Shown here in pieces: positions 39,814 through 49,513 of a DNA stretch of 64,000 nucleotides. The stretch comes from Nitrospirota bacterium (GTDB taxonomy: Bacteria > Nitrospirota > Nitrospiria > SBBL01 > JAADHI01). Location of the stretch: assembly GCA_029261195.1 (NCBI GenBank), contig JAJDBU010000044.1:13396-77395 (forward strand). The letters run 5' to 3'. Within the stretch, counting starts at the first letter, position 1. Each line of letters begins with the position of its first letter. The translations under genes and the position numbers were made by a program. Below the pieces are notes generated by a model, which was given only the letters and a program-made list of their open reading frames with translations, was not told where the DNA came from and did no database searches.

Positions 39814-41643
39814 ATGAAAAAACTGAATACTTATCTTCTCATTGTCGTTGTTTTGTTATTGTCGCTTGGGAGTCGAACTGACACTCTACTTGCCGATGAA
39901 CCGAATCTCGGCTGGACAGTTCAGCAAGGGGAGGTCAGTTCAACCGACCTTTGGGGCGTCTACTTCATTACAAAAGACAAAGGCTGGGCGGGGGGTACAA
40001 GCGGGGCGATTCTCCATACATCCGACGGCGGAAGGCACTGGCGTGTTCAGTTCCGGAAACGGGGAGAACGCATTATTTCCCTTCATTTTTTGGACGAAAA
40101 AAATGGCTGGGCCGCAAGCTATACCGGGAAAATTTTTCATACCACGGACGGGGGAGTGCATTGGACTATTCAAAAGACACCCGTCCAAAGCTGGCTCTGG
40201 TATATTCGTTTTACCGATCTACAAAACGGCTGGGTGGTCGGGTCACATGGCATCGTACTCCATACCACGAACGGGGGAAAGACCTGGGAAACCTTCGATA
40301 TCGGCTACAAAGACGGCCCTCTGCTGGAGGTCCAATTTCTGAACAAAGACAAGGGATGGATCACTGGCTGGGACGGGAAAATCTTTCACACGAGTGATGC
40401 CGGACTCACCTGGAAGGAGCAGGACAGCGGAACAAAAATACCGCTTGAAGGCATCTATTTCGTTGATGAAAAATACGGTTGGGTCGTCGGACGACGCGGC
40501 GTTATTCGTCACACAACAGATGGTGGACTCACATGGAAAGCGCAGGAAAGCCACTTTAACCGATCAATCCTTTCACATGTGCATTTCGCAACACGCGATT
40601 TAGGCTGGATTTCCGGCGGAACAGGGGTCTTTTTAAAAACCGTAGACGGCGGAGCAAACTGGAAAGAGGTCAAAGTCCCGACAGATAAAACAATGGAGGA
40701 ACTCTCTTTTGGCGATGACAAACACGGCTGGGCTGTCGGCTGGGGCGGATTCATTATTCACACGCCCGATGGCGCGGAAAGCTGGGAAGCCCAGAATTAC
40801 GGATTTAATGACCGTCTCTTCAGAGTCTATTTTTATGATGAAAAAGTCGGATGGATTGGCGGCGCAGACGGAACAATACTCCACACCGAAGATGGCGGAG
40901 AGAGCTGGGACTTCCAGGACAGCGGAACGGAAGAGTGGATTTCGGGGATTCAGTTTACATCTCAAAATGAAGGCTGGGCCGTTGGCGGCAAGGGCGTCAT
41001 TCTCCATACCCTTGATGGAGGAGCGCATTGGGAGCAGATAAAAAAAGTGACTGAGGCCGACCTGGAAAATGTCTATTTTTTAAGCCCGAAAGTCGGCTGG
41101 ATTATCGGAGCAACCGGCGTGATGTTTAAGACAATCGACGGGGGACGGACATGGCGAATCAAGTTCAGCAATGTCACTGCGGATTTATCCGACATCAACT
41201 TTTTAGATGAACAGAACGGTTGGCTTACCGGAAACAAGGGGACACTCCAAGTGACCCATGACGGCGGAGAAGAATGGAAACCCTTAAAATTGCCCCTCAC
41301 AAACATGCTCACCCGAATATTTTTTGCGGATAAACAACGAGGCTGGATCGTCGGCAGCAAAGGACTCATGATGAAGACAGTGGATGGGGGTTTGCACTGG
41401 ACACCTCAGCGCATCGACACAAAGGAAGGGCTGTGGGACATTGTCGTGATGGGAAATGAGGGTTGGGCCGTCGGTAACCTTGGCCTTATGTTACATACAA
41501 GCGATGCAGGAAAGACCTGGTCTATAGTCGAAAGCGGAGTCGTTCAGCGGCTCACGAGTCTTTATTTTCTGAATAAGACAAAGGGTTTTGTCGTCGGAAA
41601 GGGAGGCTTGATTTTAAAATATGACGGGAAGGCTTTGAAATGA
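39814..41643 (+). CDS. Exported BNR/Ycf48-like repeat beta-propeller protein
   Basis: Signal peptide; about 14 repeats of F.D...GW.VG..G.I.HT.DGG..W. Confidence 0.88.
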   Translation: MKKLNTYLLIVVVLLLSLGSRTDTLLADEPNLGWTVQQGEVSSTDLWGVYFITKDKGWAGGTSGAILHTSDGGRHWRVQFRKRGERIISLHFLDEKNGWAASYTGKIFHTTDGGVHWTIQKTPVQSWLWYIRFTDLQNGWVVGSHGIVLHTTNGGKTWETFDIGYKDGPLLEVQFLNKDKGWITGWDGKIFHTSDAGLTWKEQDSGTKIPLEGIYFVDEKYGWVVGRRGVIRHTTDGGLTWKAQESHFNRSILSHVHFATRDLGWISGGTGVFLKTVDGGANWKEVKVPTDKTMEELSFGDDKHGWAVGWGGFIIHTPDGAESWEAQNYGFNDRLFRVYFYDEKVGWIGGADGTILHTEDGGESWDFQDSGTEEWISGIQFTSQNEGWAVGGKGVILHTLDGGAHWEQIKKVTEADLENVYFLSPKVGWIIGATGVMFKTIDGGRTWRIKFSNVTADLSDINFLDEQNGWLTGNKGTLQVTHDGGEEWKPLKLPLTNMLTRIFFADKQRGWIVGSKGLMMKTVDGGLHWTPQRIDTKEGLWDIVVMGNEGWAVGNLGLMLHTSDAGKTWSIVESGVVQRLTSLYFLNKTKGFVVGKGGLILKYDGKALK

Positions 41644-41654
41644 TTCCCGCTAAG

Positions 41655-41690
41655 GAAAAGCCTTCATCTCGTCTTTAAAGGATGAAGGCT
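41655..41690 (-). terminator. Terminator between convergent genes
   Basis: AGCCTTCATC/GATGAAGGCT 10-bp stem with a T run on the minus strand. Confidence 0.6.
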
Positions 41691-44143
41691 CATGAGCCTT
41701 TCCGCTGCTCTTTAAGCACGGTTTCATAGGCTTCAGCGGAAAGAGGCCGACTAAAATAGTAGCCTTGCGCCTCCCCGCAGCCTAAGCTCCTCAGGTAGGA
41801 GAGATCCTCGTAGGTCTCAACCCCTTCTGCAATGACCGTAATCTCCATGCTCTGTCCCATGCCGACGATGGCTTTGACGAGAGATTGTTTCTTTGTTTCG
41901 CTCGAAAGGTTGAGGACGAAGGACTTGTCGATCTTCAAAAAATCAAAGGGATATTGCCACAAATAGCTCAATGAGGAATAGCCCGTTCCGAAGTCGTCGA
42001 TTGAAAGCCGAACCCCGAGCTTTTTGAGAGACGAAAAATAGGCTCTGACGTCTTTGACCGGATTGAGCATCAGGCTCTCAGTCAATTCGAGCGTCAGCGC
42101 CTCCGGAGGCAAGTGGCTCTGCTGAAGCGCATGGGTGACGACCGACAAGAGGAGGCCCTCATGATTAAATTGTTGTTTCGATACATTCACGGAGACAGAG
42201 AGTTGGAGCCCGTATCGTCTCCGCCACTTCATCACCTGATGACATGCGGTCTCAAGGACCCAGGCGCCGATTTTGCTGATGAGGCCGGACTCTTCGGCAA
42301 TGGAGATAAAGCGATCAGGCGGAATCAGCTCTGAATCCGGCGGCTGCCATCGGACAAGGGCCTCCAGGGACAGCGTTTTGAGAGAATCGAGATCAACGAT
42401 CGGCTGGTAATAGACGACTAATTCCTGATGATCCAGAGCCCGTCTGAGATCCCATTCCAGCAGACTCCGTGCCTTGGCGGACTTTCCCATCTCCTGATTG
42501 AAAAAGTGGTATCGGCTTCGGCCGGAGGCTTTTGCCTTATACATGGCCATATCGGCTTGTTTTAAAAGGAGACCGACTTCTTCACCATCATCGGGAAACA
42601 TCGTAATGCCAACACTGGCGCCTAAGAAAACATCGCGTTTCTCGTGCTCAAAAGGCTGGGCCAGGCTCTCAACCACCTTCTTTGAAACGGACACGACCTC
42701 GTCTTTTCCCGCAAGATCTGAGAGGATGACGAGAAATTCATCACCGCCCGGACGGGCGACTGTGTCGGTCTCCCGGATACAGGAGAGGAGTCGATCGGCC
42801 GTTTTTTTAAGGATCACATCCCCCGTGATATGACCGAAAGTATCGTTGACATTCTTAAAACGGTCGAGGTCGATAAAGAGCAGCGCCACTTTTTTATCAT
42901 TTCGTTTGGCCTGTTTGATCGCAAGGCTGAGACGCTCAATCAAAAGCGTCCGGTTCGGAAGCTCGGTCAAGGGATCATAGTAGGCCCGCACACGTAGCGC
43001 TTCCTCTGCCTCTTTTCGTCTGGTGATGTCCGAAAAAAGGCTGGTGTATTGGACGACCTTGCCCGCTTTGTCCTTTACCGCAATGATCGAGACCCATTTC
43101 GGGTAAATCTCTCCGCTCTTTTTTCTGTCCCAGATCTCCCCTTCCCAGGAACCGTTTGTATTGATGGCTTTCCACATTTCTTGATAGAACTGATTGCCGT
43201 GTTTCCCCGATTGCAGGATACGAGGGGTCTGACCGATGATGTCGGCTTCAGAATAACCGGTGACTGATGTGAAGGCAGGGTTAATTGAGAGAATCTTTTC
43301 ATCTGCATCGGTGACAAGAATGGCCTCGGCGGCATTCTTGAAAACGGTGTTTGAAAGACGTTGACGCCTTTCCGCCTCTTTTCGCTCCGAGATATCGCGT
43401 GTTAAACACAAGATGCAGGCCCTTCCTTGAATGTGAATCACCGATGCGCTCATCTCAACCGGAAGATGCCGATTGTCTTGTGTCAGGCAAGTGAATTGAT
43501 CCGCCCAGCCACGCCCTTTTTTTAAAACAGCCTGGGTAAAGGTCCGAAATTCTTTCATCATATCCGGATGAATGTCTGAGACCCGTTTGCTCAGTAATTC
43601 TTTTTTAGTAAAGCCCAGCATGTGCGAGGCCCTGGGATTGATTTCAAGAATCTTATCCCCTTCGGGATCAATCACTAAGATGGCGTCGTTGGAGTTCATG
43701 AAGATTTTGCGAAAGCGCTCTTCACTTTTCAAGCGTCCTGTTGTTTCTTTTGTGAGTTTTTTCCGGATCGCCACTTCTTCCAGATTTCGTTCAATCGAGG
43801 GGACGAGGCGGCTGAGATTTTTTTTGGAGATAAAATCCTGAGCGCCCGATTTTAAGGATTTGACCACCATCTCGTCGCTGAGGGAACCGGAGACAACAAT
43901 GAAGGGGATATCCAGCCCTCTCTCCTGTAAGAGCGTCAAGGCAGAGAAGCTGTCAAAAGAGGGGAGCCTATGATCAGCCAGGACCACATCCCAGGGGTTT
44001 TGATTGAGTGCGACGGCCATCTCAGCATGTGTTTCGACTCGCTGGACGGTCAGCTCAAAGCCTCCGCGCCGTAATGCGATTAAAAGCAATTCTAAGTCAG
44101 ATTCCTGGTCTTCAACGCTTAGTACGCGAAGCAGTTTTGTCAC
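41690..44143 (-). CDS. REC-PAS-PAS-GGDEF-EAL diguanylate cyclase/phosphodiesterase
   Basis: Receiver domain, two PAS domains, GGDEF, EAL, DDFGTGYSS. Confidence 0.93.
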   Translation of the reverse strand: MTKLLRVLSVEDQESDLELLLIALRRGGFELTVQRVETHAEMAVALNQNPWDVVLADHRLPSFDSFSALTLLQERGLDIPFIVVSGSLSDEMVVKSLKSGAQDFISKKNLSRLVPSIERNLEEVAIRKKLTKETTGRLKSEERFRKIFMNSNDAILVIDPEGDKILEINPRASHMLGFTKKELLSKRVSDIHPDMMKEFRTFTQAVLKKGRGWADQFTCLTQDNRHLPVEMSASVIHIQGRACILCLTRDISERKEAERRQRLSNTVFKNAAEAILVTDADEKILSINPAFTSVTGYSEADIIGQTPRILQSGKHGNQFYQEMWKAINTNGSWEGEIWDRKKSGEIYPKWVSIIAVKDKAGKVVQYTSLFSDITRRKEAEEALRVRAYYDPLTELPNRTLLIERLSLAIKQAKRNDKKVALLFIDLDRFKNVNDTFGHITGDVILKKTADRLLSCIRETDTVARPGGDEFLVILSDLAGKDEVVSVSKKVVESLAQPFEHEKRDVFLGASVGITMFPDDGEEVGLLLKQADMAMYKAKASGRSRYHFFNQEMGKSAKARSLLEWDLRRALDHQELVVYYQPIVDLDSLKTLSLEALVRWQPPDSELIPPDRFISIAEESGLISKIGAWVLETACHQVMKWRRRYGLQLSVSVNVSKQQFNHEGLLLSVVTHALQQSHLPPEALTLELTESLMLNPVKDVRAYFSSLKKLGVRLSIDDFGTGYSSLSYLWQYPFDFLKIDKSFVLNLSSETKKQSLVKAIVGMGQSMEITVIAEGVETYEDLSYLRSLGCGEAQGYYFSRPLSAEAYETVLKEQRKGS

Positions 44144-44594
44144 GGGTCACTCCATTACGGTTGGGTGGCGCCTCATTTAATAAAAGCCAATACGATCCAA
44201 TCTCTTTGACCGCCCGGACGAACTCCGAAAAATCGACCGGTTTCCGAACGTAACTGTTTACGCCCAGGGTATAGCTGGCGATCAGATCCCTCTGTTCATT
44301 CGATGAAGTCAACATGACCACTCGTAAAAGTTTTGTCTGCTCGTGGGCACGAATCCGCTTTAAGACCTCTATGCCATCTATTTTCGGCAGTTTGATATCG
44401 AGCAGAATCAGCGCCGGTTCATTTTTTATCGGAGAGGATTCGGATCGGTTTTCTCCGAAAAGATAATCAAGCGCTTCAACGCCGTCCCTCGCAACGACAA
44501 CCTCGTTGACGATGTTGTGTTGTTTAAGCGCCCGAATGGTCAGTATCTCGTCATCCGGATTGTCCTCCACAAGCAAGATCGGTTTGTGATTCAT
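44112..44594 (-). CDS. Single-domain response regulator (Rcp1-like)
   Basis: LLVEDNPDD, LLDIKLPKIDG, GVNSYVRKPVDF, YWL. Confidence 0.9.
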   Translation of the reverse strand: MNHKPILLVEDNPDDEILTIRALKQHNIVNEVVVARDGVEALDYLFGENRSESSPIKNEPALILLDIKLPKIDGIEVLKRIRAHEQTKLLRVVMLTSSNEQRDLIASYTLGVNSYVRKPVDFSEFVRAVKEIGSYWLLLNEAPPNRNGVTRDKTASRTKR

Positions 44595-44620
44595 CCAAGC
44601 CTCCATACAAGTGTACCCCA

Positions 44621-46024
44621 TTAAATACAAAAATAAAAAGTCGCCCCTTTGCCAACAGCCCCCTCCGCCCAGACCTCGCCCCCGTGACGATGAATAATCC
44701 GTTGCACCGTCGCAAGGCCAATACCGTTTCCGGGAAACTCCCTTATCCCGTGGAGACGCTGGAAGGGACCGAACAGTTTATCCGTATAGTCCATGTCAAA
44801 ACCGGCCCCGTCATCACGGATGAAATAGGCCGACTTGTCCTGATGACGAGTCTTGCCGAATTCGATGCTCGCGACTGCTTTCTTTGAAGTAAACTTCCAG
44901 GCATTGCCGAGGAGGTTTTGAAGCACATCCTGTAAAAGCAGGGTATCCCCCCTTGCTGCTAAGCCTTCAGTAATCGACCATTTGACCTCCCGCTCCGGAT
45001 CCCCCCGTGTGAGTTCCGCTGCAATGCTTTGGGCTATGGCGCTTAAGTCCACTTGCTCGACATGCATCTCCCCTCGCGTGACGCGGGAAAGGGTTAAGAG
45101 TTCATCAATCAACTCCCCCATCCGTACGCCTGCCTTGCTGATGCGGTCGAGGTATTCCTTCCCTTGTTGATCCAGCTGACTTGCTGAATCCGCCAGGAGG
45201 GCCTGGCTGAAACCGGTGATTCCCCGTAAAGGTGAGCGGAGATCATGGGAGACGGAATAGCAAAAGGCCTCCAATTCCGCATTTGATGCCGTAAGCTCTG
45301 CCGTCCGTTCTTTGACGCGATGTTCCAGGCTTTGATTCAAGTTTTTAATTGCATCCTCGTGGCGTTTTCGTTCAGTTACATCCCGAATCACGGCACTAAA
45401 GAGGGTTTCTCCATCCTGCACCAGTTTGGAGATGGAAACCTCGGCGGGGAACTCTTCGCCGTTCTTACGTCTACCGAAGAGGTCATCGCGGCGGTTGGCC
45501 ATATACCGGCTTGATTCATCTTCAGTACCGAAAGAGCTGACATGCTGAGGGTGTCCATCAACAAAGCGTTCCGGCAGGAGAAGATTGAGATGGCGCCCGA
45601 TGACCTCGGAGTCGTGGTATCCGAAGATTTCCTCCGCCCCTTTATTAAAGAGGAGGATGTGTTGAGACGCGCCGACCATGATAATGCCATCATTGGCAAT
45701 CTGGAGCACACCGGAAAAAAAGGCATTGCTCTCATGCATTTTTTTCTCGGCCCGCCTGCGTTTGGCATTGGACTGGACAGTGCCGCTCAGCGCCAGAATC
45801 AGCGACACGATTAATATTCGCATCCAGACTTCATTGAAGTCTGGGGGAAGCACCCTTTGAAGAACGGTGCCTTCGTGAAAAAGTAAGGCATCCAATAAGG
45901 TTTCGATCAGCCAATAAAGCGCAGCAATCCCTATCCCGATTGCTAAGGCGTGATCAGATAAGCGTAAGGTTTTTGACGGCTCTTTTATGGAAAATCTCCT
46001 AGAAAAATGATCAAGGACTATCAA
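44621..46024 (-). CDS. Membrane PAS sensor histidine kinase
   Basis: Two TM segments, PAS, YSVSHDLRSPL H-box, NAWKF, DDGAGF, GIGLA. Confidence 0.92.
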   Translation of the reverse strand: MIVLDHFSRRFSIKEPSKTLRLSDHALAIGIGIAALYWLIETLLDALLFHEGTVLQRVLPPDFNEVWMRILIVSLILALSGTVQSNAKRRRAEKKMHESNAFFSGVLQIANDGIIMVGASQHILLFNKGAEEIFGYHDSEVIGRHLNLLLPERFVDGHPQHVSSFGTEDESSRYMANRRDDLFGRRKNGEEFPAEVSISKLVQDGETLFSAVIRDVTERKRHEDAIKNLNQSLEHRVKERTAELTASNAELEAFCYSVSHDLRSPLRGITGFSQALLADSASQLDQQGKEYLDRISKAGVRMGELIDELLTLSRVTRGEMHVEQVDLSAIAQSIAAELTRGDPEREVKWSITEGLAARGDTLLLQDVLQNLLGNAWKFTSKKAVASIEFGKTRHQDKSAYFIRDDGAGFDMDYTDKLFGPFQRLHGIREFPGNGIGLATVQRIIHRHGGEVWAEGAVGKGATFYFCI

Positions 46025-46059
46025 GCATATGACTTTATCACTGCCGGGAGAATAACGCT

Positions 46060-46102
46060 ATACCCCGAAAGGGGTATTGGGGGGAGTATTGGGGGGAGTA
46101 TT
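46060..46102. promoter_or_regulatory. Palindrome plus G6-tract repeats, CsoR/RcnR-operator-like
   Basis: ATACCCC-GAAA-GGGGTAT followed by two TATTGGGGGGAG copies. Confidence 0.35.
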
Positions 46103-46148
46103 TCTGATGTTTTGAAGAGAACTTGTTTCAGGGAAACAGGACAAGCCT

Positions 46149-46706
46149 TTAGCGAACGGCGTTTTCGGGGCCGCGGCCTCGGAAAAAATCGACAAAGCCC
46201 AGTACCCGTTTTTTGTCCAGGCCCTTCAGGCGAAGGTTTGCACGCCAGGCGCTCAGGATGAGGGGATGTTTTTTGTCCGCGCGCGTCACCATCAACATCC
46301 CGTCCCACTGCCCGAGATACTGTTTTGTGAGTTGAGTGAGCCAGACGATATCGGCTTTTGGCAGGGTGTCGGGGTTAAAATAAATGACGATGTTGCCGTG
46401 TTCGAGGTTGTGGACGAGCAGTTCAGGTCGGGTTTCTTCTGCCTTGTAAATACTGGGCGGTAACCAGCTCGGGTCATGCGGACCGGAGGTCGGCGGGTCG
46501 GTCGCATAAAAAGAACGTTTCCCTTTGGAGAGATGTTCATGCCCGTCATTTTCATAAAATTCGACGCCTTCCGGGAGATTGGGCGGAACCTCCTGGGCTC
46601 GGGCGATGGTCACAACACCGATGGCGACAAGGGTCGCGATGATAAGAGACAGGATGCTGAGACGCGTTTTTCTCTGTTTTTTATGGACAAACTTTTGAAT
46701 GGTCAT
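46149..46706 (-). CDS. DUF3105 domain protein
   Basis: YATDPPTSGPH, LVHNLEHGNIVIYF, LSAW. Confidence 0.88.
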   Translation of the reverse strand: MTIQKFVHKKQRKTRLSILSLIIATLVAIGVVTIARAQEVPPNLPEGVEFYENDGHEHLSKGKRSFYATDPPTSGPHDPSWLPPSIYKAEETRPELLVHNLEHGNIVIYFNPDTLPKADIVWLTQLTKQYLGQWDGMLMVTRADKKHPLILSAWRANLRLKGLDKKRVLGFVDFFRGRGPENAVR

Positions 46707-46743
46707 TAAGTTTCCCTTTTGATCAAAGTGCAATGAGCGATGA

Positions 46744-47259
46744 TTAGGATTCTCCATAGGCCTGTTTAATCAGAGCGGCCAGCCCGGCGGGGTTTTCTCC
46801 CACGCGATCCACCTGGGCCTTGGCATCATCAAGCAGCAAGGTTGCCGTACTTCGATCAACGATAGATAGGCCTCGCTTCCGTGATCTCGCCTCGACGATG
46901 ATGCGGACAATTTCTCGTGTTTCAGCCGTGTGGTCTTCAAGTTCCTGTAGGGCTTCTTTGCTCCACTTCATTTGTTGATCCGGAATCCGGGCGACCACAT
47001 CCCCTAAAATTTTAGTCTGGCAGGAGAGGCGGAAAGGGGCTGAAAGTTCTGCCTCTTCAAGCATGTTTTCTTCATCCAGATCAATTTCAGATAGGTGAGT
47101 GGTGCCTTCAACGATCAATATACGGCAGGTACTACAGGTCGCAAAACCACCGCAATCATGGTGCAGGATCACGCCCAGTTTTTCTGCGGCATCCAGCAGG
47201 CTCATCTCTCTTGGCACTTCCCCGCTTTTTCCTGTTGGGTAAAATGTGACTTTCGGCAT
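46744..47259 (-). CDS. 2Fe-2S ferredoxin with C-terminal PCP_red-like helical domain
   Basis: HDCGGFATCSTC...RLSCQ; tail WSKEALQEL...VEARSRKRGL. Confidence 0.85.
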   Translation of the reverse strand: MPKVTFYPTGKSGEVPREMSLLDAAEKLGVILHHDCGGFATCSTCRILIVEGTTHLSEIDLDEENMLEEAELSAPFRLSCQTKILGDVVARIPDQQMKWSKEALQELEDHTAETREIVRIIVEARSRKRGLSIVDRSTATLLLDDAKAQVDRVGENPAGLAALIKQAYGES

Positions 47260-47292
47260 TCTTAAGAATCTCCTCTATCAAAAATTTTCGCG

Positions 47293-47321
47293 ATTATATC
47301 GGAGGCTTACGGGCAATTCAA
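47293..47321 (-). promoter_or_regulatory. Sigma70-type promoter of the ferredoxin gene
   Basis: Minus strand TTGAAT-N17-TATAAT. Confidence 0.55.
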
Positions 47322-47357
47322 GCGAGGTAAGCGTTTGTTGTTCTCGTTTATGGGAGG

Positions 47358-48953
47358 CTAAAAAACCAGTTCTTCATTTTTTTTAGAGAGGAGTTCCTTT
47401 TCAATGTTGAGAAGGGCCGCACTTCCGGTGTTCCCTTCAAAAACATTTGCCATGGAGTCGTCGGCATAGGTCGTTGTCTCGTTCTTTTTCATCGGATCAC
47501 GCGGAGGAACCGGCTTGTCTTTCCAGGCCTTCAGACAGGCTTTGGTGATGATCTTGCCTAAAGGCTGTGGATTGTAGAGCAGTTTTTTGATCATCAGAGG
47601 ATTCATGGAGAGCGGATCGTAGCCCCTGGGCAGATAGCCTTCGGCGATCAAACGCTCGGAAAGCCCTGTATTCGGTTGGATGCCCAAAAAGAAAAGGGCG
47701 GGGTAGACCTGTGATTCTCCCAGAATCGAGACAACTTTTTTATAAGAGGCAATGCTTTCAAGCAGGGTTTCTTCCGTTTCTCCAGGGGCATTCAGAGAAT
47801 AATTCAAAATGACCCGCCCTTTAAATCCGGCCTCTTTCAGGTAGTGGCAGCCCTCATAAAGTTTTTCAAGTTTAAAACCCATCTTCATGCCATCCAGGAC
47901 CTCCTGCGAACCCGAGGTGATGGCTACCTCTGTGTCACCCAGACCCGATGCAACCATAAGAGGCGCCAGTTCTTTGGTGACCAGGCTGGTTCGAATATAG
48001 CCCCCCCACGTAATCTGCATCCCGCTTTTGATGATACGCTCAAGCGTTTCAATGCAATGCGGATAAAACTTTGATCCAGGCACCCATTGGGCATCGGCAA
48101 ACCAGAATTGCCGGACATCCCAGAGATCATAAAAGCCCTTCATCTCCTCGACAATGTGTTCGGGCGGTCTGATGTGAACACGCTTTCCTTCAATATAGGT
48201 ATAGAGGCAAAACTGGCAATCATAGGGGCAGCCCCTTTTGGTCTGTATGCCGATCGTTTCGCCTCGATAGGCTGCGTATTGCGGAAAGATGGATTCGATA
48301 TAAGCAGGATCTTGAATACTTGTATCGAGCAGGACGGCTTTTTCCTGGACGCCGGTGATCAGTTCATTGCCTTTCCGCAGGATGGATCGGTCTTTTTCTA
48401 CAGATCCGCCCTCATAGAGATTGAGCAGAGCATCTTCCCCCTCGCCGATGATACCGATCACCCCTTCTGGAAGACGGCGGATGATTTCTTTTGAAAAGAC
48501 GGAAAAGGCCCCGCCCCCGACGACCATCTGGAGCGAAGGGTGTTTCTTGTGGACAAGCTTAAAATAACTGAAGTGTTCGCTCAAATTACTGTAATAGGTC
48601 CAGAGTGATTTCAAGCCAGCAATCGCAGCAATGCCCTTCTTGATCGGATTGAGGGAATAATAAAAATCAAAGGCCGACTGTAAGGAGCCGTCTCCCTCGT
48701 GCGGGGCAAACATTTGAATATCCCGCCACGAAAAGGCGATCAGATCCGGTCGGAAAGAGTCGATCACCTCAAGCAGCGCCGACTGCCTTCGGGCGGGTGC
48801 AATCAGGGAAAGATCCAGGATCTTCTGAGGGGCTTCCGGATGGCGCTGGTGCAGAAAGGTCGCCAGGTAACTGATGCCAAGCGGATAGACTTTTTTACAG
48901 GGAAGAAAGATATAGAGGATCGATTTAGGCCGCATAAGTGCTCCGAAGTGCAA
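47358..48953 (-). CDS. B12-binding radical SAM protein, Slr0320-like
   Basis: RGCPYDCQFC; FSWRDIQMFAP, FDFYYSLNP, FWFADAQ, ITSGSQ, GIQPNT. Confidence 0.82.
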   Translation of the reverse strand: MHFGALMRPKSILYIFLPCKKVYPLGISYLATFLHQRHPEAPQKILDLSLIAPARRQSALLEVIDSFRPDLIAFSWRDIQMFAPHEGDGSLQSAFDFYYSLNPIKKGIAAIAGLKSLWTYYSNLSEHFSYFKLVHKKHPSLQMVVGGGAFSVFSKEIIRRLPEGVIGIIGEGEDALLNLYEGGSVEKDRSILRKGNELITGVQEKAVLLDTSIQDPAYIESIFPQYAAYRGETIGIQTKRGCPYDCQFCLYTYIEGKRVHIRPPEHIVEEMKGFYDLWDVRQFWFADAQWVPGSKFYPHCIETLERIIKSGMQITWGGYIRTSLVTKELAPLMVASGLGDTEVAITSGSQEVLDGMKMGFKLEKLYEGCHYLKEAGFKGRVILNYSLNAPGETEETLLESIASYKKVVSILGESQVYPALFFLGIQPNTGLSERLIAEGYLPRGYDPLSMNPLMIKKLLYNPQPLGKIITKACLKAWKDKPVPPRDPMKKNETTTYADDSMANVFEGNTGSAALLNIEKELLSKKNEELVF

Positions 48954-49083
48954 AACGGTAACATGCTTTATAAATTGGTTTCAAGAAGCCCTGTGCTTGC
49001 CAGGGCTTCTGTTGAGTAGGGACTTTGCTTGAAGAAAACAATAGGATTGATTATGCTTTTTGAAAATTTAGAGATTACTTTTA

Positions 49084-49503
49084 ATGAAACAGAAACAGTC
49101 AAAATTCTTCATAAGAACAAGTGGCAGACGCCTTTACGATATCAGCGAAGCCCTGTCCGAACAGGTAGGCACATCTGGCATCATATCTGGCCTGCTCAGC
49201 CTTTATATTCCGCACAGTTCGGCTTCTCTCTTGATCCAGGAGAACTATGATCCGGAAGTTTTGAGAGATCTTGAGCGGTTTTTCGATCGGCTTGTCCCGC
49301 AGGGAGATCCTCTCTTTCATCATACAAGTGAGGGACCGGACGACATGCCAGCCCATGTCCGCTCTGCTCTCACAGCGGTGTCCCTCTCAATCCCGATATT
49401 AGACGCTCAACTTGCCCTCGGCACCTGGCAAGGGGTTTTTCTCTATGAACATCGCACAAGTCAACATTCCCGGTCGATTCTTTGTCATATGATTGGAGAG
49501 TAG
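49084..49503 (+). CDS. yjbQ: YjbQ family (secondary thiamine-phosphate synthase)
   Basis: HSSASLLIQENYDP, EGPDDMPAHV, LGTWQG...EHR. Confidence 0.9.
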   Translation: MKQKQSKFFIRTSGRRLYDISEALSEQVGTSGIISGLLSLYIPHSSASLLIQENYDPEVLRDLERFFDRLVPQGDPLFHHTSEGPDDMPAHVRSALTAVSLSIPILDAQLALGTWQGVFLYEHRTSQHSRSILCHMIGE

Positions 49504-49513
49504 TCGAAGCGGA

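Noticed and set aside
39814-41643. Ycf48-like protein (with the Slr0320-like gene) as a sign of photosynthesis
   Set aside because: BNR propellers are widespread; no photosystem or pigment genes in the window
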